Virus record (IMG/VR): IMGVR_UViG_2687453531_000003
Span: 1-64,000 of that record
Length of the DNA: 64,000 nucleotides
Direction: 5' to 3' (one strand)
Source of the DNA: a virus
Taxonomy: Duplodnaviria > Caudoviricetes
Part shown: in pieces, positions 53,478 to 62,929 of the stretch
Numbering within the stretch: position 1 is the first letter of the stretch
How the letters are laid out: every line of letters begins with the position of its first letter
The notes under the pieces: generated by a model
The model's database searches: none
Told to the model about the DNA's origin: nothing
The model's input: only the letters and a program-made list of their open reading frames with translations
Translations under genes and position numbers: made by a program

Positions 53478-56198
53478 TCAGGCTTGGAAAATCCAGCACT
53501 TGACGGTGCTGGGTCGGTTGGTGAGAGGGTTCTGGCGGGCGTGTGCCGAACGCACGGCACTGTCGACGGCCTTGTATTCGATGAACTTGTGCCGGCGGGA
53601 CTCTTTCAGCAGGTCGCGCAGGGTTGCCGCGTCGGCCACCTTCTGGCGGTGGTCGGCGGCCAGCTTCACGAACTCGTTGAGGTTGATGGCGATGGTTCCG
53701 GGGTTCTTGCTGTGGTTGAGCACCGGCTCTTCGCTGAGGTTTTCGAGGTAGTCGTAGACCTCCCAGAACTCGGCCACCTCGGGCGCGTCGGCGTTGACGG
53801 CGTCCTGGCGCTCCAGGGCCATCGTCATCAGGGTCTGCTGAGCGCAGGCGAGCTGGTGCTCGGACAGCGGCACCACCAGGCGCAGCGCGTCGACCAGGGC
53901 CATCATCTGCGCGTGGTTGAGGATCAGCCGCTCGATACGAATCTGCTTCAGACCGCGCAGCGTCGCGCTGTGAACCTTCAGCCGCTCGCGGAAGCACTCC
54001 AGCACGCGGGCCTCGGAGCGGATGGCCATCAGCAGGAAGTGGCTGACCTCGAGCACGCCCAGGTGGTTGAGGTTGTCGGCCGCAGCCTGGCTCTCGCGGG
54101 TGATCTCTGGGCGAATGAAGTGCAGCTTCACGATACGGGTCAAGATCGCTTCGGAGGCCTGCACCGTGGCGTTCTGGCTCATCACCAGGGTGCCGCGGAA
54201 GGGGGGCTCGTAGGTCTCGTTGCCGGCGGTCTTCTGGCCTGTCACGCCCAACGCGCGGCCGTTGAACAGCGGCTTGAACTCGTCCCAGTCGAAGGACTTG
54301 GCGGCGCCGCCGGCGCGGCTGTTGTCGCTGCGGTCGGCCTCAAGCATGACCATGGGCATGTTCGACAGCTGGGTCAGCCAGCGGCGTAGGCCCGCCTTGG
54401 TCATCTTCGACGGGTCCTGGCCTTCCTCGTCCGCCCGGCCGAGCAGCTTCCACAGGAAGGTGATCAGCGTGGACTTGCCGGCACCGGCCTCGCCGGTGGC
54501 CTCGAGGAACGGAAAGGACTGGAACTCGGCGCGGATCTGCTCCGCGAACAGCGAGCCGAACCAGAATGCCAGCGCCACCAGGCCCTTGGCCCCGAAGCAG
54601 GTCCACAGCCAGTCTAGCCACTCCGGGCGGTAGTCCTTGGCGTCGGTGGCGATCTGCAGCTTGATCGATCGCTGCAGGGTCTTCAGGCGCAGCTTTTGGA
54701 ACTCGAAGAAGTCTTCGGCGTTGGCCTTTTCGATCACGCCACCGCGCACTGCCACGTCGCCCAGGACGTAGCAGGCATGCTCCCGGCTGTAGCCCAGGTA
54801 ATCGATGGTGGCCACCGTCTTCAGGCCGGTGAGTTGCAGCTTCATGATCTGGTCGAGCTGCGCGCCGCTGCCGGTGAATATCGCCCCGGCCGCCACGCCG
54901 AGCAGGCGCTTCTTGAACTCGCTGGCCGCTGCGACCTGGGCGCTGGTGAATGTGTTCTTCACGCTCTCGTCGTCGGGACGATCGATGCGGAAGTAGTACC
55001 AGCTCTCGTCTGTGACCTCGTTGCGCTGGAAGTACAGGGCCTGGGGGAAGCAGTTTGCGATTTCAACCACATTGCCTGACTGCTGCAGCGCCTTGTCGCG
55101 CTTCTGTCTGTCGTTCAGCAACTTATCTTCGTGGTCGTCACTGTTTTCGAACGCGCGCATGGCCCGGTCGAACTTCTCGAGGTCCAGCTTGAACCAGAAC
55201 AATCTGTTGCCGAACCGAAAGTGGAATTCGCCGCGGCTGTTCCAGTCGTACATCAGCAGCGCTTTCTCGGCAGGACTCTCGGCGATCAGCAGCGCGCCCT
55301 CATGACGTGCGGTCTTGAGGTCTTTCTCGATCTTTGCAGCACGCTCGGCCGCGTCATCGATGAACATCCAGCGCTGGTGCAGGTCGTTCCAGTCGAATTT
55401 GCGGTTGTTGCGCTGCGGCAGTTGGGCCGCTTCGCAGACGTAGCCCAGGGCACGCGCCTCGGTCACCCAGCGCCGGGTGTACCTATGGGCGCCGGGTTCG
55501 TTGTCCAGCGCCCAGATCAGTTTCGGCAGCTTGCCGCCACGGGCTGTCGCGAGTTCGCGCAGGGACTGCTCGGGGAAGGCGTTGGAGCTCATGGCTGACA
55601 CAGCGTCGATGCCGTGGTGCAGCAGCGCGATGGCGTCGAAGATACCTTCGACGATCCACAGCTCCTTCACCTCCTGCAGGTCGACGCTGGGTGGGCACCA
55701 CCAGACGCCGCGCGGGCTGTCGCCCGGCTTGAAGCGCGCCTTCTTCTTGCCGAAGCGGCTCGGGCGATCGATTAGGCGTTCCCAGTAGCCGCCTTTCTTC
55801 AGCGGGAAGCGTACTGTCGCGCTACCGATCTCAAGGTCGCGGTCCCAGTAGTTTTCCTGGCTGTACCAGCCATCGATCAGCTTCAGGTCGAAGCCGCGGG
55901 CATGCGCCAGGTACGCCCGGGCCGAGGCGGCGGGTTCCTTGTCGGTGGCCGGCGCTCGCTTGCTCCAGTCGTCGAAGAGCTCCGGGTAGATTTCCTTGAT
56001 GTGCCAGGTGTCGCCGCACTTGCCGCGCCCGCAGCGGATGAACCAGGGGCTGTCGACCAGGGCGTAGAGCTCCTTTTTGCCGCACGTCGGGCACTCGCCC
56101 TTGCGCATGTACTTCGTGCCCTTGATCGGCGTCAGGCCGTACTGGTTCTGCAGGCGGCGCAGCACGTCGGCCTTGAGCTCGCGGTCCATTTCCTTCAT
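53478..56198 (-). CDS. Primase-helicase replication protein (Zn finger-TOPRIM-P-loop)
   Basis: CPTCG Zn finger, IVEGIFDA and LDNE TOPRIM, GEAGAGKST. Confidence 0.9.
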   Translation of the reverse strand: MKEMDRELKADVLRRLQNQYGLTPIKGTKYMRKGECPTCGKKELYALVDSPWFIRCGRGKCGDTWHIKEIYPELFDDWSKRAPATDKEPAASARAYLAHARGFDLKLIDGWYSQENYWDRDLEIGSATVRFPLKKGGYWERLIDRPSRFGKKKARFKPGDSPRGVWWCPPSVDLQEVKELWIVEGIFDAIALLHHGIDAVSAMSSNAFPEQSLRELATARGGKLPKLIWALDNEPGAHRYTRRWVTEARALGYVCEAAQLPQRNNRKFDWNDLHQRWMFIDDAAERAAKIEKDLKTARHEGALLIAESPAEKALLMYDWNSRGEFHFRFGNRLFWFKLDLEKFDRAMRAFENSDDHEDKLLNDRQKRDKALQQSGNVVEIANCFPQALYFQRNEVTDESWYYFRIDRPDDESVKNTFTSAQVAAASEFKKRLLGVAAGAIFTGSGAQLDQIMKLQLTGLKTVATIDYLGYSREHACYVLGDVAVRGGVIEKANAEDFFEFQKLRLKTLQRSIKLQIATDAKDYRPEWLDWLWTCFGAKGLVALAFWFGSLFAEQIRAEFQSFPFLEATGEAGAGKSTLITFLWKLLGRADEEGQDPSKMTKAGLRRWLTQLSNMPMVMLEADRSDNSRAGGAAKSFDWDEFKPLFNGRALGVTGQKTAGNETYEPPFRGTLVMSQNATVQASEAILTRIVKLHFIRPEITRESQAAADNLNHLGVLEVSHFLLMAIRSEARVLECFRERLKVHSATLRGLKQIRIERLILNHAQMMALVDALRLVVPLSEHQLACAQQTLMTMALERQDAVNADAPEVAEFWEVYDYLENLSEEPVLNHSKNPGTIAINLNEFVKLAADHRQKVADAATLRDLLKESRRHKFIEYKAVDSAVRSAHARQNPLTNRPSTVKCWIFQA

Positions 56199-56428
56199 GC
56201 GCGCCCCCGAATCTGCTTGCGCAGCTCGCGGATGGTCCGGCAGATGCCGGCGATGTGTGGGCGGTCCTCGAGGATGCGCTTGCCGCGTAGCCCCTGCGGC
56301 GTATAGCGGTAGCGGTCGTCGTACCAGCACTCGGCCATGGCGGCTTCGTACTGGCTGACCAGCCAGAGCAGGTACTTCTCAGCCTGGTTCTGGTCGACTT
56401 CGACGGTGATTGAAATGTGGCCGCTCAT
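56195..56428 (-). CDS. Hypothetical protein (77 aa)
   Basis: GAGG RBS, ATGA coupling. Confidence 0.7.
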   Translation of the reverse strand: MSGHISITVEVDQNQAEKYLLWLVSQYEAAMAECWYDDRYRYTPQGLRGKRILEDRPHIAGICRTIRELRKQIRGRA

Positions 56429-56499
56429 GGCGGAATACCTCGAATTCTGGGCGTAACTTCCCCAAACCCACGGCAGTGGGTGGGTCGATTTCAGGGTGG

Positions 56500-56850
56500 T
56501 TACGGGGTGTGCTGCGGGCGCTGCTTGAGCAGATGGTCCGGCAGGTAGCGGGCCGGGATCGGGAAGCGGCAGTGGCTGCGGGTGTCGATCAGGTAGACCA
56601 CTTCGTTGTCACCCTCGCCCCAGTCGATACCCAGCCAGATCGGCTCCGGACCTGCGAAGACCTGGTCCCAGGCGCGCTGGGCGAGTCGCTCGGCCATGAA
56701 CTGGGGAACCTCGAGGCCCTTGACCAGATGATTGACGCAGGCGCTGAACAGCCGGTCGGAGCCGGAGGACAGGTACTGGTTCGCGTTGCTCCGCAAGTAG
56801 GCTGCGGCGGCCTGTTGCATGGTGCTGCGATAGTCGTTGCTGCCGTTCAT
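56500..56850 (-). CDS. Hypothetical protein (116 aa)
   Basis: ATGA-coupled to ogr. Confidence 0.7.
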   Translation of the reverse strand: MNGSNDYRSTMQQAAAAYLRSNANQYLSSGSDRLFSACVNHLVKGLEVPQFMAERLAQRAWDQVFAGPEPIWLGIDWGEGDNEVVYLIDTRSHCRFPIPARYLPDHLLKQRPQHTP

Positions 56851-57140
56851 TGCATGCACTCCATGTGGTCCAGCAGGTCCAACTGGTTGGTTGCGGCCGC
56901 GAGGTCGCGGTGTGCCAGTTGACGGGTTTTCGAAGGTGCCATGGGGAGCACCAGCAGTGGCCGCTCGAGGCCCGAGGGGCTGAGCTGGTAGTCCCAGCTC
57001 AGGGAGCCGGTGAAGGTGGCGCCGCAGAGCGCGTTTGTGCATTGCGCGTACATCGAGCGGAAGCACGGGGTCTGGCCTTCGGAGGAGCGGATTCGCATCC
57101 GGCTGTGGCAGCAGGGGCAGACTAGCTTGTAGACGCTCAC
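56847..57140 (-). CDS. ogr: Ogr/Delta-like late transcription activator
   Basis: CPCC..RMRIR.S...Y.QC.N..CG.TF. Confidence 0.88.
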   Translation of the reverse strand: MSVYKLVCPCCHSRMRIRSSEGQTPCFRSMYAQCTNALCGATFTGSLSWDYQLSPSGLERPLLVLPMAPSKTRQLAHRDLAAATNQLDLLDHMECMQ

Positions 57141-57607
57141 GCCTTGACCCTCCTGTGCAGGGTGATCACTGCGCCGACCTCGGCGTGCCGTGCGGCCAGG
57201 TGTTGGCGGTGAGCGACTATGATTTCAGCGAGTTCGGCTTCGTCGATCTCACCATCGCGCAGCGCCTCGGCGATGATGCGGTCGACTTCTCCACGCTTGA
57301 TGGCGGTGGCGACGCCCCTCGCGTACAGGTCGAGGTTGTCCAACTGGGCTGGGTCGGGCATCTGCACGAACATGCCGCCATACAGGTGTGCGACGTACTC
57401 GGGGAAGTGGCTGGTGCCGGTTTCCTGCTCAAGCAAGCGCAACTGGTCGTCGCTGAGGGGCTTGCTTCCGGCGTTCTCGTAGGCGTGGTTGTCGAACTTC
57501 TTCAGGTCGAGGCCCAGGCGGGCGGCGGCGCATTCACGACCACCGGGGTAGGCGCCGATGATCGCGCTGACCACTTGGCGCCGCGTTTCTAGGAGCGGGC
57601 GTTTCAT
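57137..57607 (-). CDS. CII/YmfL-like regulatory protein
   Basis: YPGGRECAAARLG...DGEID..E. Confidence 0.72.
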   Translation of the reverse strand: MKRPLLETRRQVVSAIIGAYPGGRECAAARLGLDLKKFDNHAYENAGSKPLSDDQLRLLEQETGTSHFPEYVAHLYGGMFVQMPDPAQLDNLDLYARGVATAIKRGEVDRIIAEALRDGEIDEAELAEIIVAHRQHLAARHAEVGAVITLHRRVKA

Positions 57608-57636
57608 CTTCTGGTGTCCCCCCAGTGCAGTGGCCA

Positions 57637-57849
57637 TTACTGTGCGATCACGCCGTCTTTGATGCCGAGTAGTACAGCCGCGCGATGGGCTTCGCCGCGC
57701 AGGCACTTCTTCTGCCGGTTGAGGACGGCGTACACGGTCGAGGGGGTGAGGTTGTTCTTCACCGCCCATTGCCTGGCCGAAAGCCCTTGGCTCGCCAGAT
57801 GCTGGCGCGCTTTCTCGCACGCTTGCTCGGTGGGGTAGGCGTTGTGCAT
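57637..57849 (-). CDS. Cox/Ner-like DNA-binding protein
   Basis: G.S..QWA...STVY.VL...KC.RGEAHRAAVLLG.K.G; first early gene. Confidence 0.8.
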   Translation of the reverse strand: MHNAYPTEQACEKARQHLASQGLSARQWAVKNNLTPSTVYAVLNRQKKCLRGEAHRAAVLLGIKDGVIAQ

Positions 57850-57856
57850 AGTCTCG

Positions 57857-57915
57857 TTTCGTGTGATTTCGTGTGAATGTATGTGCAGTCTTTCCTACGA
57901 ATGATGGAAAGTCAA
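57857..57915 (-). promoter_or_regulatory. Early promoter and operator repeats of prophage 2
   Basis: TTGACT-17 nt-AAGACT (minus); TTTCC-N10-GGAAA inverted repeat; TTTCGTGTGA tandem x2. Confidence 0.6.
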
Positions 57916-57933
57916 GCGCATTTGGAGACGTAT

Positions 57934-58275
57934 GTGGGAATCGGAGAACGGCTGAAGGAGGAGCGGGAACGGCTGGGCATGAACCAGACGGACTTTGCTG
58001 CCCAGTTGAATGTGTCGAAGAACAGCCAATACAACTACGAAAAAGGGGAACGTAGCCCTGATGCTTTGTATCTCTCTGCGGCCGATGCGTTTGGGGTTGA
58101 TGTTCTTTACGTGATAACTGGCAGGCGACTTCCTGCCGAACTCGATGCTCTCAGCCAGAGCGAGTTGGATGTACTGGGGTACATGACATCTATGGACGAG
58201 GCGGATCGAGCTGCCTACGTGCGGATGGGGCGCGCGCTCTCTAAAGCCGCTGCAACACGTCCTACGAAGAAATGA
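57934..58275 (+). CDS. Immunity repressor C (XRE HTH)
   Basis: IGERLKEERERLGMNQTDFA...YEKGERSPDA.YL; GGAG RBS before GTG. Confidence 0.9.
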   Translation: MGIGERLKEERERLGMNQTDFAAQLNVSKNSQYNYEKGERSPDALYLSAADAFGVDVLYVITGRRLPAELDALSQSELDVLGYMTSMDEADRAAYVRMGRALSKAAATRPTKK

Positions 58276-58593
58276 GACGTATCGCTGTCGAGTAGGAAAT
58301 TCGTTAGGGGGAGGCTTCGTTGCGTCTGCTTTTCGGGCGTCAACCTATGTGAACAATGGGGTACTCCCAGGCTGCTGGCACGGTGGCATGATGTCGCCGG
58401 GTGGCCTGTCTAAGGAGTAGACCTATGGATAAGCCCATCGATCCTGTCGTGCTCACCGCTCTTCTGATCTGCCTGAGTCAGATGAGTGAGCAGGACCAAC
58501 TGGACCTGCTGCGGTTGGCATGCGCTTTCCGGGATCGTTGACTGAACGGGTCTTCGGCGGTAGCCGAAGGCCCCACTGTGAAGAGAGGGACGT

Positions 58594-58944
58594 ATGAACT
58601 GGCTCAAGGGAACGGCCGCTGCGGTTGGACTGATGGTTTCATGTGCTGTGGCGGCGGATTCGGCTGCCCAGGTCGAACTGATGGACAACCTGCATCAGAG
58701 GATGCTGGACGCGTTGCAGGCATCGAGCGTTGACCAGGTGACGGAGGTGTTTGGAGATCTGGATCGGTACCGCCCTGGTATCCGTAGCACCGCCAGTGAA
58801 ACCTGTTTCAAGGCCTATGAGGCTTTAGGGTGGGTCTTGTCTGATTTGATGGTGCAAGCCGATATGGAAGAGCCACTGCCTGAACTTAAGGGTCACCAGC
58901 AGGATTATGAGCGGAAGCGCTTGGCCTGTGCTGCCGACGCGTGA
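58594..58944 (+). CDS. Exported small helical protein (116 aa)
   Basis: Signal-peptide-like N-terminus, two mature-region Cys, GAGGG RBS. Confidence 0.7.
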   Translation: MNWLKGTAAAVGLMVSCAVAADSAAQVELMDNLHQRMLDALQASSVDQVTEVFGDLDRYRPGIRSTASETCFKAYEALGWVLSDLMVQADMEEPLPELKGHQQDYERKRLACAADA

Positions 58945-59009
58945 CTAGACATGAATGGGCAAGACACTCTAGCTTTAATAGGTAGAGTTTTCAATGGAGT
59001 GTGAAATCA

Positions 59010-60992
59010 ATGAATGATGAAGTGCAGGAGCAGCCGCTCAAGCTAGAAATTGATTTAAATGTTTTGAATCATTTAGGTATTAATCTCTATAGCAATACTC
59101 CGGCCGTGCTTACAGAGATTGTTGCAAATGCTTGGGATGCAGATGCTACAAGCGTTGATGTGGTTATTGATAGTGGATCAAATACTATTACCATTACCGA
59201 TGATGGGATCGGTATGGATTACTCTGATTTGAAGACGAAATTTCTTACTGTAGGCTACCCCCGAAGAGATCATGGCGAGACCCGGACACCAAGTGGCCGT
59301 CAGTGCATGGGGCGAAAAGGTATCGGAAAGTTGGCAATGTTTTCTTTGGCAAAGAACATAGTTGTTGTAACTAGGAAGAAGGGGGGTAGTCCTTATGGAT
59401 TGACTTTCTCTGTTGAAGAGCTTAAGGAAAAAATAAAAGATAAGAAGGAATATGTTCCCGAAAGGATTTCTGACTTTTCCTCATATATTATGCCTGTAAG
59501 TGGGACGATTATTAAGCTTATTGATCTTCAGCAGCGGGTCAATAAGACGGAGTCTTTTCTTCGTCGTCGGATTGCTCGTCGTTTCAGTGTTATTGGTGCG
59601 GCTAATAATTTTAATGTTCGGGTGAATAAAGTGCCGATAGGTCTGTCTGATAGAGAGTTCTATCCAGACATTCAGTTTCTTTGGACTTTTGGTGATGAAA
59701 GGAAAGCAGAGGTCGCTAAGGCGGCGTGTAGAAACTTGAAAGATAAATACCATCGACATTTTGAGGGTGTGACATCCGGTGGGATGGCGGTAGATGGGTT
59801 TATTGGAAGTGTGGTTAAGCCTGAGCAGTTAAAGAAGGATGGTGATAATAATAATACCATAACTTTATTGGCGAATGGGCGACTTTTTGAGGAGGACTTG
59901 CAGAAGCGTATTGATGACTCGAAGGTCTTCAATAGCTATCTGGTAGGCGAGTTGGAGGTCAATGATCTTGATTTGAATGATCGTCCAGATATAGCAGTTA
60001 GTAGCCGCCAAGGCGTGCAGGAAGATGATCCACGTTACCAGGACTTTGTTGGCTACATAAAGTCTAGGCTAAGCGATATCGCTGCGAATTGGGATACTTG
60101 GCGGCGGGAGGTTGGTGGTGCCCAGATGGTCGCTGAATTTCCCAAACTTCAAGATTGGCTTGATACTTTGTCGCCGAGGCTCAGGTCGAAAGCGCAGCAG
60201 TTAATAAATAAGATCAACACAATTCGTTTCAATGGAAGTGAAGAGTATCAGAAGATTCAAAGGCGTGAAGTGGTTAAGGCACAGGTTTTAGCTTTCGAAA
60301 AGTTGCGGCTTCAAGATAATCTGGATGCTATTGCCAATATTGATGTTGAGCGCAATGTGTCTGAGTTTCGGGAAATCATGATAACTGTGGAGGATCTTGA
60401 AGCGTCGCTCCATAGAGATATAATTTCTCAGCGCCTGGCTGTTATAAAAAAGCTTGATGATGACCAGCGTAATAAAGTTCGCGAGGTGGTTGTGCAGGAG
60501 CATATTTACAACCACCTATGGCTGGTAGACTCTAAGTGGGAGTACAAGGAAAGTGCCACTGATTGGGAGCTTCGATTGACAGAGCACCTGCGAGCAGCTT
60601 GCCCTGACACAACAGAAGGGGCTCGACTCGATATCGGCTACAGGACTACAGCTGGGCGATATATCGTGATAGAGCTAAAAAAACCAGGCTTGAGCGTGAC
60701 GGCAAGCTCGCTACTTGATCAAGGTGAGAAATATGTCATAGCTTTGGGTGAATATTTCGAAAAAAATCCAGAGTCATCGCCGATTCAAGGGCAGATCCCA
60801 TCTATTGATGTTGTGTTTATTGTTGATAAAGCTCCTCGTTTACATGATCTACAGAAGGGGAGGCTTAGGAACATGAATGGTCGTATAACTACTTATCGTG
60901 ATCTTGTGGTTCAAGCCAATTTAGCCTACGAAGATTACCTTCAGGCTTCACGTAAGGTGGGGCGTATCAGGGAGATCATTGAAAATATCTAA
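59010..60992 (+). CDS. GHKL ATPase-fused restriction endonuclease (HgiDII/BbrUII-like architecture)
   Basis: EIVANAWDA, DDGIGM, GRKGIGK; C-terminal RLD...IELKKP PD-(D/E)XK motif; low GC. Confidence 0.85.
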   Translation: MNDEVQEQPLKLEIDLNVLNHLGINLYSNTPAVLTEIVANAWDADATSVDVVIDSGSNTITITDDGIGMDYSDLKTKFLTVGYPRRDHGETRTPSGRQCMGRKGIGKLAMFSLAKNIVVVTRKKGGSPYGLTFSVEELKEKIKDKKEYVPERISDFSSYIMPVSGTIIKLIDLQQRVNKTESFLRRRIARRFSVIGAANNFNVRVNKVPIGLSDREFYPDIQFLWTFGDERKAEVAKAACRNLKDKYHRHFEGVTSGGMAVDGFIGSVVKPEQLKKDGDNNNTITLLANGRLFEEDLQKRIDDSKVFNSYLVGELEVNDLDLNDRPDIAVSSRQGVQEDDPRYQDFVGYIKSRLSDIAANWDTWRREVGGAQMVAEFPKLQDWLDTLSPRLRSKAQQLINKINTIRFNGSEEYQKIQRREVVKAQVLAFEKLRLQDNLDAIANIDVERNVSEFREIMITVEDLEASLHRDIISQRLAVIKKLDDDQRNKVREVVVQEHIYNHLWLVDSKWEYKESATDWELRLTEHLRAACPDTTEGARLDIGYRTTAGRYIVIELKKPGLSVTASSLLDQGEKYVIALGEYFEKNPESSPIQGQIPSIDVVFIVDKAPRLHDLQKGRLRNMNGRITTYRDLVVQANLAYEDYLQASRKVGRIREIIENI

Positions 60993-61422
60993 GAAGAGTC
61001 GGCTCTTACTCTCCCGGTCATCCATTATGAAGAGGGTCGGGAGAGAGAATACTAAGCCTGAGCTAAAAGTTCGAGCTAAACTGCACGTGCTGGGCCTAAG
61101 GTTCCGGTTACATAGACGAGACTTGCCAGGCACTCCTGATATCGTCTTAACGAAACACCGAACGGTGATTTTCGTTCATGGTTGTTTTTGGCATCGCCAT
61201 TTAGGATGCCGATATGCAACCACGCCCAAGACACGTCAGGAGTATTGGATTCCTAAATTCGAGGCCAATATTACGCGTGACGTACGAAAAGAGGCCCAAC
61301 TACGAGAGCTGGGCTGGCGAGTATTGGTTATCTGGGAGTGTGAAACCAGGGACTTGCCTGTACTGGAAGCACGGCTTAGGCGCGAATTCGACCTTCTGCC
61401 TGAAGCGCCTCGTACTCTCTGA
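60979..61422 (+). CDS. vsr: Very short patch repair endonuclease
   Basis: NTKPE, LPGTPDIV, FVHGCFWHRH, WECE. Confidence 0.95.
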   Translation: MKISKKSRLLLSRSSIMKRVGRENTKPELKVRAKLHVLGLRFRLHRRDLPGTPDIVLTKHRTVIFVHGCFWHRHLGCRYATTPKTRQEYWIPKFEANITRDVRKEAQLRELGWRVLVIWECETRDLPVLEARLRREFDLLPEAPRTL

Positions 61423-62437
61423 CATGATTCATTAGGCTTTCACCGATAACTTCTCCAAGGCGTACCGGCACGGCGTTACCTATCATTCGACCTACGGCCT
61501 TGAAGGTGATCTTTTCTGGCTCTAGAAATACATAATCATCGGGGAACGATTGTAGGATCGCTGCTTCGCGCAAAGATATCGCTCGATTTTGAGTTGGGTG
61601 GCCGAATCGACCGTTCCCGAATCCGTAGCAAAGCGTGGTCATGGTCGGACTCGGTTGATCGCCACGCATGCGTCCATACACGCTGGCGTAGGTCATTCCG
61701 CTTTCTTTACGATGGCAGGGCGCTCTGAGTTCAGGCTCCCAGTCCCTCCAAGTGCCGCCCGGCTTCGAATTGACGATTCGCTTGAAGTTGAGAGGAGTAA
61801 GCGTTGCTGCTCTATGCAATGGATCGTTAGGGTCGCACTGTCCGGCCGCTATTTGGGGTAAGTGGCCAATGACACTGTCGACCGTCACGGGCTCATCACG
61901 ATGGGTAGGAGGTATGAGCTCAATAGGTATGCCCAGTCTCGAAGCTAGTAGAACGTGTCGGCGACGTTTCTGTGGTAATCCGTAATCCACACAAGAAACG
62001 CGGCCATCCCAGATCTCGTAGCCTTTATCCACCATGCTTTTCACGAAGTCGTGATAGACCTGATGCTTAGTGACGTCGGGTACGTTCTCCATCGTAACGA
62101 GGTGAGGGTCGGTTTCTTCGATCAGGCGTGCGAAGTGATACAGTAGTGGCCATTTGCGATCGCTTCGGGTGTCACGCCCTTGGTTGTAGGTTGAGAATGG
62201 TTGACAGGGAGCACAGCCAGCAAGAAGTCTGTACTGCCCAGGACGGTACCAAGCGAGCAACTGCTCGGCAGTCACGTCCTTCACGTCGCTGGCGATGAAC
62301 GATGCGCGATTGTTCTCGCAATAGGCATACTCGCATTGGGCCTCAATGTCGTAGCCAGCTCGAACGGAAATGCCAGCATTGAGCATGCCAGCGGTCAGGC
62401 CGCCAGCACCACAGAAAAGGTCAACTGCATCGATCAT
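61376..62437 (-). CDS. C5-cytosine DNA methyltransferase
   Basis: FCGAGG, GCAPCQPFS, ENV, QKRRR, IGNAV. Confidence 0.95.
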   Translation of the reverse strand: MIDAVDLFCGAGGLTAGMLNAGISVRAGYDIEAQCEYAYCENNRASFIASDVKDVTAEQLLAWYRPGQYRLLAGCAPCQPFSTYNQGRDTRSDRKWPLLYHFARLIEETDPHLVTMENVPDVTKHQVYHDFVKSMVDKGYEIWDGRVSCVDYGLPQKRRRHVLLASRLGIPIELIPPTHRDEPVTVDSVIGHLPQIAAGQCDPNDPLHRAATLTPLNFKRIVNSKPGGTWRDWEPELRAPCHRKESGMTYASVYGRMRGDQPSPTMTTLCYGFGNGRFGHPTQNRAISLREAAILQSFPDDYVFLEPEKITFKAVGRMIGNAVPVRLGEVIGESLMNHVREYEALQAEGRIRA

Positions 62438-62471
62438 GGGGTTGTCTTCTTTGAAACGAGGTGCATTTTAG

Positions 62472-62817
62472 TCATCGGGCGAGCCATGTCGAGTGCGGAG
62501 TTGACTGGTTCGGAAATGCCCAGCCGTCCTGCAATCGCAAAATCAGCTCATCTTTGAGAATGACATCGGACGGGAAGTCGATGATCTCGAAGCCTACTAA
62601 GCTGGTGACGCCTGGTTTCGGGTATTCAATGATCTGTACGTCCCATCTGAACCATCCGTGAACGGTTTCGAGGTTGAACGGGATGATGACTTTCGCCCAC
62701 GCGTCCCGGAGCGTTCAATCTCGTAGGCTTCCAGTTCTTCGAGATCGTCTGTCGGAAGGAGTACTCGACGCCTCCGTGAATGTAGCTGCCATCGGCACAT
62801 CTTTCGATCCAGTACAT
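62472..62817 (-). pseudogene. Probable doubly frameshifted gene (~115 aa)
   Basis: Three consecutive frames join into a protein-like sequence MYWIE...YSF/PTDDLEELEAYEIER/LRDAWAKVIIPF...LAR*. Confidence 0.45.
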
Positions 62818-62929
62818 GGCCTTCTTCCTTGTGCATTCGACATGCGCGATGATCGATCACGCTTGTCTTTGAGTCAACCTCAGAGATAGAGCTGCAGAGC
62901 TAGAAGGGGCGGCCCCCATTACTGGTGCG

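Larger units (their letters stand above)
52465..53481 (-). repeat. Three copies of hairpin(CGGCAA loop)-spacer-AGGAGAGACACC-ATGCAA leader
   Basis: Copies at ~52465-52523, 53096-53146, 53428-53477. Confidence 0.9.

Noticed and set aside
56466-56484. CCCA-CGGCAG-TGGG hairpin as a fourth copy of the CGGCAA leader
   Set aside because: Opposite orientation, different loop end and lacks the AGGAGAGACACCATGCAA block
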